IMG/VR virus record: IMGVR_UViG_3300045988_011788
Origin: a virus
Length of the DNA: 43,337 nt
Strand: one strand, 5' to 3'
The position numbers were made by a program, and so were the translations under genes. How positions within the stretch are numbered: the first letter of the stretch is position 1; the number at the start of each line of letters is the position of its first letter. The notes beneath the pieces were generated by a model. The model searched no databases. It had not been told where the DNA came from and saw nothing but the letters and a program-made list of their open reading frames with translations. This document shows, piece by piece, positions 40,533-43,337 of this stretch.

Positions 40533-40981
40533 TTGCGGTATTTCTGCGTATACTTGCGGATTTTCTCATCGGCAAGCGCCTGTTCGCGCTTTACTGCCTC
40601 ATCAAACTGCTCGATGATGGCGGTCATAAAGTTCTGCCAAACCGGCGCACCATTGGCCGCGGAATATGCGTTGACGCTGCCAAAAAGCGTATCGGCAATG
40701 TCCTGTCCGAACAAATCATTGATGATGCTACGCATTTCCTTGTCGAGAGAATCAACCATGTCAAAAAGCTCATCATCGGGGATATCCTTTTCGAGCGTCT
40801 TTGCACGGGTCTCCTGCTTCTTGCGCAGGTCATCAAAGGTTTTATATGCTTTCTTTGCAAAGTTCACGTCCGCAGGATTAAAGTAAACGGTAACAACGCC
40901 GTTTACGCCGCGAATTGTGTATTCTTTTACGCCAGAATCAAAAGTGAGTTCCATACCTTCCTCCAAAATGAGGGCTGACAA
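40529..40981 (-). CDS. Tail assembly chaperone
   Basis: 150 aa, acidic, between the major tail gene and the Gp15-like gene. Confidence 0.6.
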   Translation of the reverse strand: MSALILEEGMELTFDSGVKEYTIRGVNGVVTVYFNPADVNFAKKAYKTFDDLRKKQETRAKTLEKDIPDDELFDMVDSLDKEMRSIINDLFGQDIADTLFGSVNAYSAANGAPVWQNFMTAIIEQFDEAVKREQALADEKIRKYTQKYRK

Positions 40982-40999
40982 ACGCCAGCCCTCTATTTC

Positions 41000-41524
41000 T
41001 TATTCGCCCTCGGTAAACGTGATCGTGCTGCCAGAGATAGCGGCAGTGCCGACCGTGCGCGTGCCGCCAAGCGTCACGTCGATAGGCATACCGATAAAGC
41101 CGCCACCCTCGCCGCCGAGGGAAGAGGGCTTAACCATGCAGGACGAATAGCGCTCCGCAAATACTGCGGTCTTTGCCGTGCCTGCATAGGCGTGGACAAT
41201 CAGCACGTCCTGATTCGCCAGCGCCGCCGCGTTCTGCTCCTTGACCGCGAGATTCCAAATCTTGACGATGGCAGGATCCCCAGCGTCCAGATCGGACGGG
41301 TCAAAGGTCTGCGTGATGATGGGTTTCTTCATGGTCGTGCGCGTCGTGCCAAGAATATCCTTCGAGGAATCCTCCTGCCAGTCATATTCCATGCTGGAAT
41401 CTGTGACGCGCGTACCGAAGGGCGACCACGTGGGGGTTCCAGTTTCGCCCGTGTTGAGACACGCAATCAGAAGTTCTCGGTCTACGGTCTGCCCCGCCGT
41501 GGTGTTAAAGGTCATATCAGCCAT
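41000..41524 (-). CDS. Major tail protein
   Basis: 174 aa. Position and beta-rich composition fit; a strong SD is present. Confidence 0.78.
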   Translation of the reverse strand: MADMTFNTTAGQTVDRELLIACLNTGETGTPTWSPFGTRVTDSSMEYDWQEDSSKDILGTTRTTMKKPIITQTFDPSDLDAGDPAIVKIWNLAVKEQNAAALANQDVLIVHAYAGTAKTAVFAERYSSCMVKPSSLGGEGGGFIGMPIDVTLGGTRTVGTAAISGSTITFTEGE

Positions 41525-41915
41525 TTTTAATCACCTCGTAGTTCATTTTCATAAGGATTTGATGATCCTCGTCACCGTTTTCATACACGGAAAAAAGCGA
41601 GGATCGCGTTGTCGGCTCAATGCGAATAACGCGGCGGCCGTCGCCAATGTCAGGTGGCGTTTCGCTTGCTGCCCAATCGCCCAAGGCGTTAAGCAGCTCG
41701 TCAGCTTTGAGCCGTTTATCATTGCTATTCCCCGGCTTCATGCGGTAGATGACCTTGAATTGGTATTCCGCCTGATATCCGCCGAGAATGTATTTTTGTA
41801 CGATGTATGCCGCCTGAATCGTAGACAGCGCCATTGCCGCAGTATCAGCGGGAAGAAATTCGAACCGAATCAAATCGACCGGCTTGTCAGGGAATGTGTT
41901 TAACCACGCAAGCAA
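41517..41915 (-). CDS. Tail completion / tail terminator-like protein
   Basis: 132 aa, immediately upstream of the major tail gene. Confidence 0.55.
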   Translation of the reverse strand: MLAWLNTFPDKPVDLIRFEFLPADTAAMALSTIQAAYIVQKYILGGYQAEYQFKVIYRMKPGNSNDKRLKADELLNALGDWAASETPPDIGDGRRVIRIEPTTRSSLFSVYENGDEDHQILMKMNYEVIKNG

Positions 41916-41958
41916 CTTTCGGGAAACTTGATCTTCTTCCGCTGCCGATACCGTCTTT

Positions 41959-42414
41959 TTAATCTGTTCCGTACTTCTTCACCGCCTTTTCTGCTACCCG
42001 CAACCACTTATCGAGGTTCTGTGCTTTCGATGCTTCGCACCAATGAGCTTGAGCTTGTGGGTGGTGCTCGTGATAAAACACCAAATCTCGGTCAGACGCA
42101 TGGAGTTTTGATCCTTTTGGAAATTTAATTTGCAAATTGCCATGCCTATCGACAAACTTCATTGGCCCATTCCCGTTTTCGTCGACCATAACTTTCCCGT
42201 AATAGAGATATCGAGCATAAGGCCCCGGATAAATGATCTCATTGCCAATAACCTTTGTGCGCTCATTTAATGAGCCTGTACGAAACGGCACAAAAGGCTG
42301 AGTGTCTTTCTCCATCTGCTCGGCTAAAACGTGCTCAGCGCGCGTACAAGCCTTTGCAACGGCAGTCCTTACAGCGTCCATTCCATCGGTATGAACGGAA
42401 AATTTGATTCCCAT
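41959..42414 (-). CDS. HK97 gp10-like neck protein
   Basis: FVPFRTGSLNERT...PYARYLYYG pattern. Confidence 0.6.
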   Translation of the reverse strand: MGIKFSVHTDGMDAVRTAVAKACTRAEHVLAEQMEKDTQPFVPFRTGSLNERTKVIGNEIIYPGPYARYLYYGKVMVDENGNGPMKFVDRHGNLQIKFPKGSKLHASDRDLVFYHEHHPQAQAHWCEASKAQNLDKWLRVAEKAVKKYGTD

Positions 42415-42863
42415 TACGCACCTCCGACTTCCCAGTGTCTCATGTCGGCGCTTCCGTAGTCCATCGCGTCGACCTTCGTCACTTTGTAGCAGTCATCGTG
42501 ATACTGCACGACGGTCATATTGTCGGAGATAAACTCACCCTTGATAAACAACGTTTCGCCGCCGTTCCCGTCATAAGAAAGCGTCCATAGCCCGCTGCGA
42601 TCTGTAGCTTTAACAAACTCTTGCGGCTTTGCATAGGTCTTCGCCGCGCCCGTCTTACCATCCACGGCTTCCACCGTAAACGGGATATACAGATTCACAG
42701 CGTCCGCACTTTCAAGGCCACTTTCGCGCACGTTCACGCCCTTCGACGCTTGCAGCATCACACCACGCAGGATTGTGGTATAAACTTTCTCGACCTCATC
42801 AAGCGTTGTCGGGTCGATCTCCTGCACAATGTTGTAAATCGTTACAGTGTGGGGAGCGTACAT
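42414..42863 (-). CDS. Head closure / neck protein
   Basis: 149 aa, positioned between the connector and the gp10-like gene. Confidence 0.55.
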   Translation of the reverse strand: MYAPHTVTIYNIVQEIDPTTLDEVEKVYTTILRGVMLQASKGVNVRESGLESADAVNLYIPFTVEAVDGKTGAAKTYAKPQEFVKATDRSGLWTLSYDGNGGETLFIKGEFISDNMTVVQYHDDCYKVTKVDAMDYGSADMRHWEVGGA

Positions 42864-43279
42864 CTACAACCACCTCCGCGATACAGTAGCCCGGTATGGG
42901 CAAGGTATTCCATGCACGTTTCTGCCAGCAGTTTCTTCGCACCGTCCGTCGCACTGAGTGCAGACAGGGCGGATTCCCCGCCCGTTGCAAGGGTGCGGGA
43001 ATAGCTGCCTACCGTCTCGCTTTTGACTTCCGCGTCATTTGCCGCGGCGTTTGCAAGAGTTTTCGCGGCAAGCGCCTGCGCCGCCTCGATGACCGCATAC
43101 TTGTCAACCAGCGCACAGCAGCACATCTTAACCGCATCAAGATCGGCGTGGTCTTTAGCTTTGTTGCGCGTGTAATAATCGAGGAAGGAGCCGGCGCGGA
43201 CAACAAGACGCGGGAAGTCATTTTCACTCACAGCGCCCATATAGGTGCCGGAGTAGTATTCAAAGTCTGCGTAAGTCAT
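42842..43279 (-). CDS. Head-tail connector (gp6/gp15-like) protein
   Basis: MTYADFEYYSGTY...FPRLVVRAGSFLDYYT is the typical opening of phage head-tail connector proteins. Its ATG lies inside the 87-nt terminal repeat. Confidence 0.7.
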   Translation of the reverse strand: MTYADFEYYSGTYMGAVSENDFPRLVVRAGSFLDYYTRNKAKDHADLDAVKMCCCALVDKYAVIEAAQALAAKTLANAAANDAEVKSETVGSYSRTLATGGESALSALSATDGAKKLLAETCMEYLAHTGLLYRGGGCRCTLPTL

Positions 43280-43337
43280 CAGTGCCCTCCTTCCAAAACT
43301 GCGAGAATTTCAGCCTTTTTCATCGAACTGCTGACCC
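43251..43337. repeat. Terminal direct repeat, copy 2 (identical to 1..87)
   Basis: Direct comparison of both contig ends. Confidence 0.9.

Noticed and set aside
39963-40981. Programmed -1 frameshift between the two tail chaperone ORFs (G/GT-type)
   Set aside because: The second ORF has its own ATG overlapping the first stop (ATGA) and is a complete Gp15-family protein. No slippery heptamer was seen upstream of the stop.

Overview
The window is a complete, circularly closed genome of a temperate siphovirus-type phage. Bases 1-87 are identical to 43251-43337, leaving about 43,250 nt unique. The host is probably a high-GC Firmicutes/Clostridia-like bacterium (inference only). Nearly all genes lie on the minus strand in tightly coupled operons, often with ATGA or GTGA stop/start overlaps. 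Following minus-strand transcription: a Cro-like gene at 21986 opens an early/replication operon (RecT, DUF1351-like, MBL-fold, SSB, DnaD-like organizer, G39P-like loader, DUF1064, two DNA methyltransferases, a PAPS-reductase-like protein, Lar-like, ASCH, many HTH proteins). Next comes a 638-nt gene-free, hairpin-dense block with an embedded tRNA-Trp-like element. Then terS/terL/portal/MuF-like/scaffold/capsid, and across the circular junction the neck, tail, tape measure, fibre and receptor-binding genes, followed by a lysis cassette (XhlA-like, two holin-like, M15 endolysin). After lysis sits a roughly 3.5-kb accessory cassette of low-complexity, Gln-rich, Cys-rich and C1q/BclA-like proteins. 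The plus strand holds the lysogeny module: a CI-like repressor, an AT-rich orphan gene, a membrane-anchored HTH and a tyrosine integrase, followed by an attP that carries the 3' half of tRNA-Val(GAC). A zinc-ribbon/TM/DUF4352-like moron is inserted antisense in front of the tape measure gene. The most interesting items are the large structured non-coding block, the post-lysis accessory cassette, the AT-rich orphan in the immunity region, a poly-G frameshift in a methyltransferase, an iteron-like repeat field, and face-to-face switch promoters. All family names come from motif recognition by eye; no database search was run.
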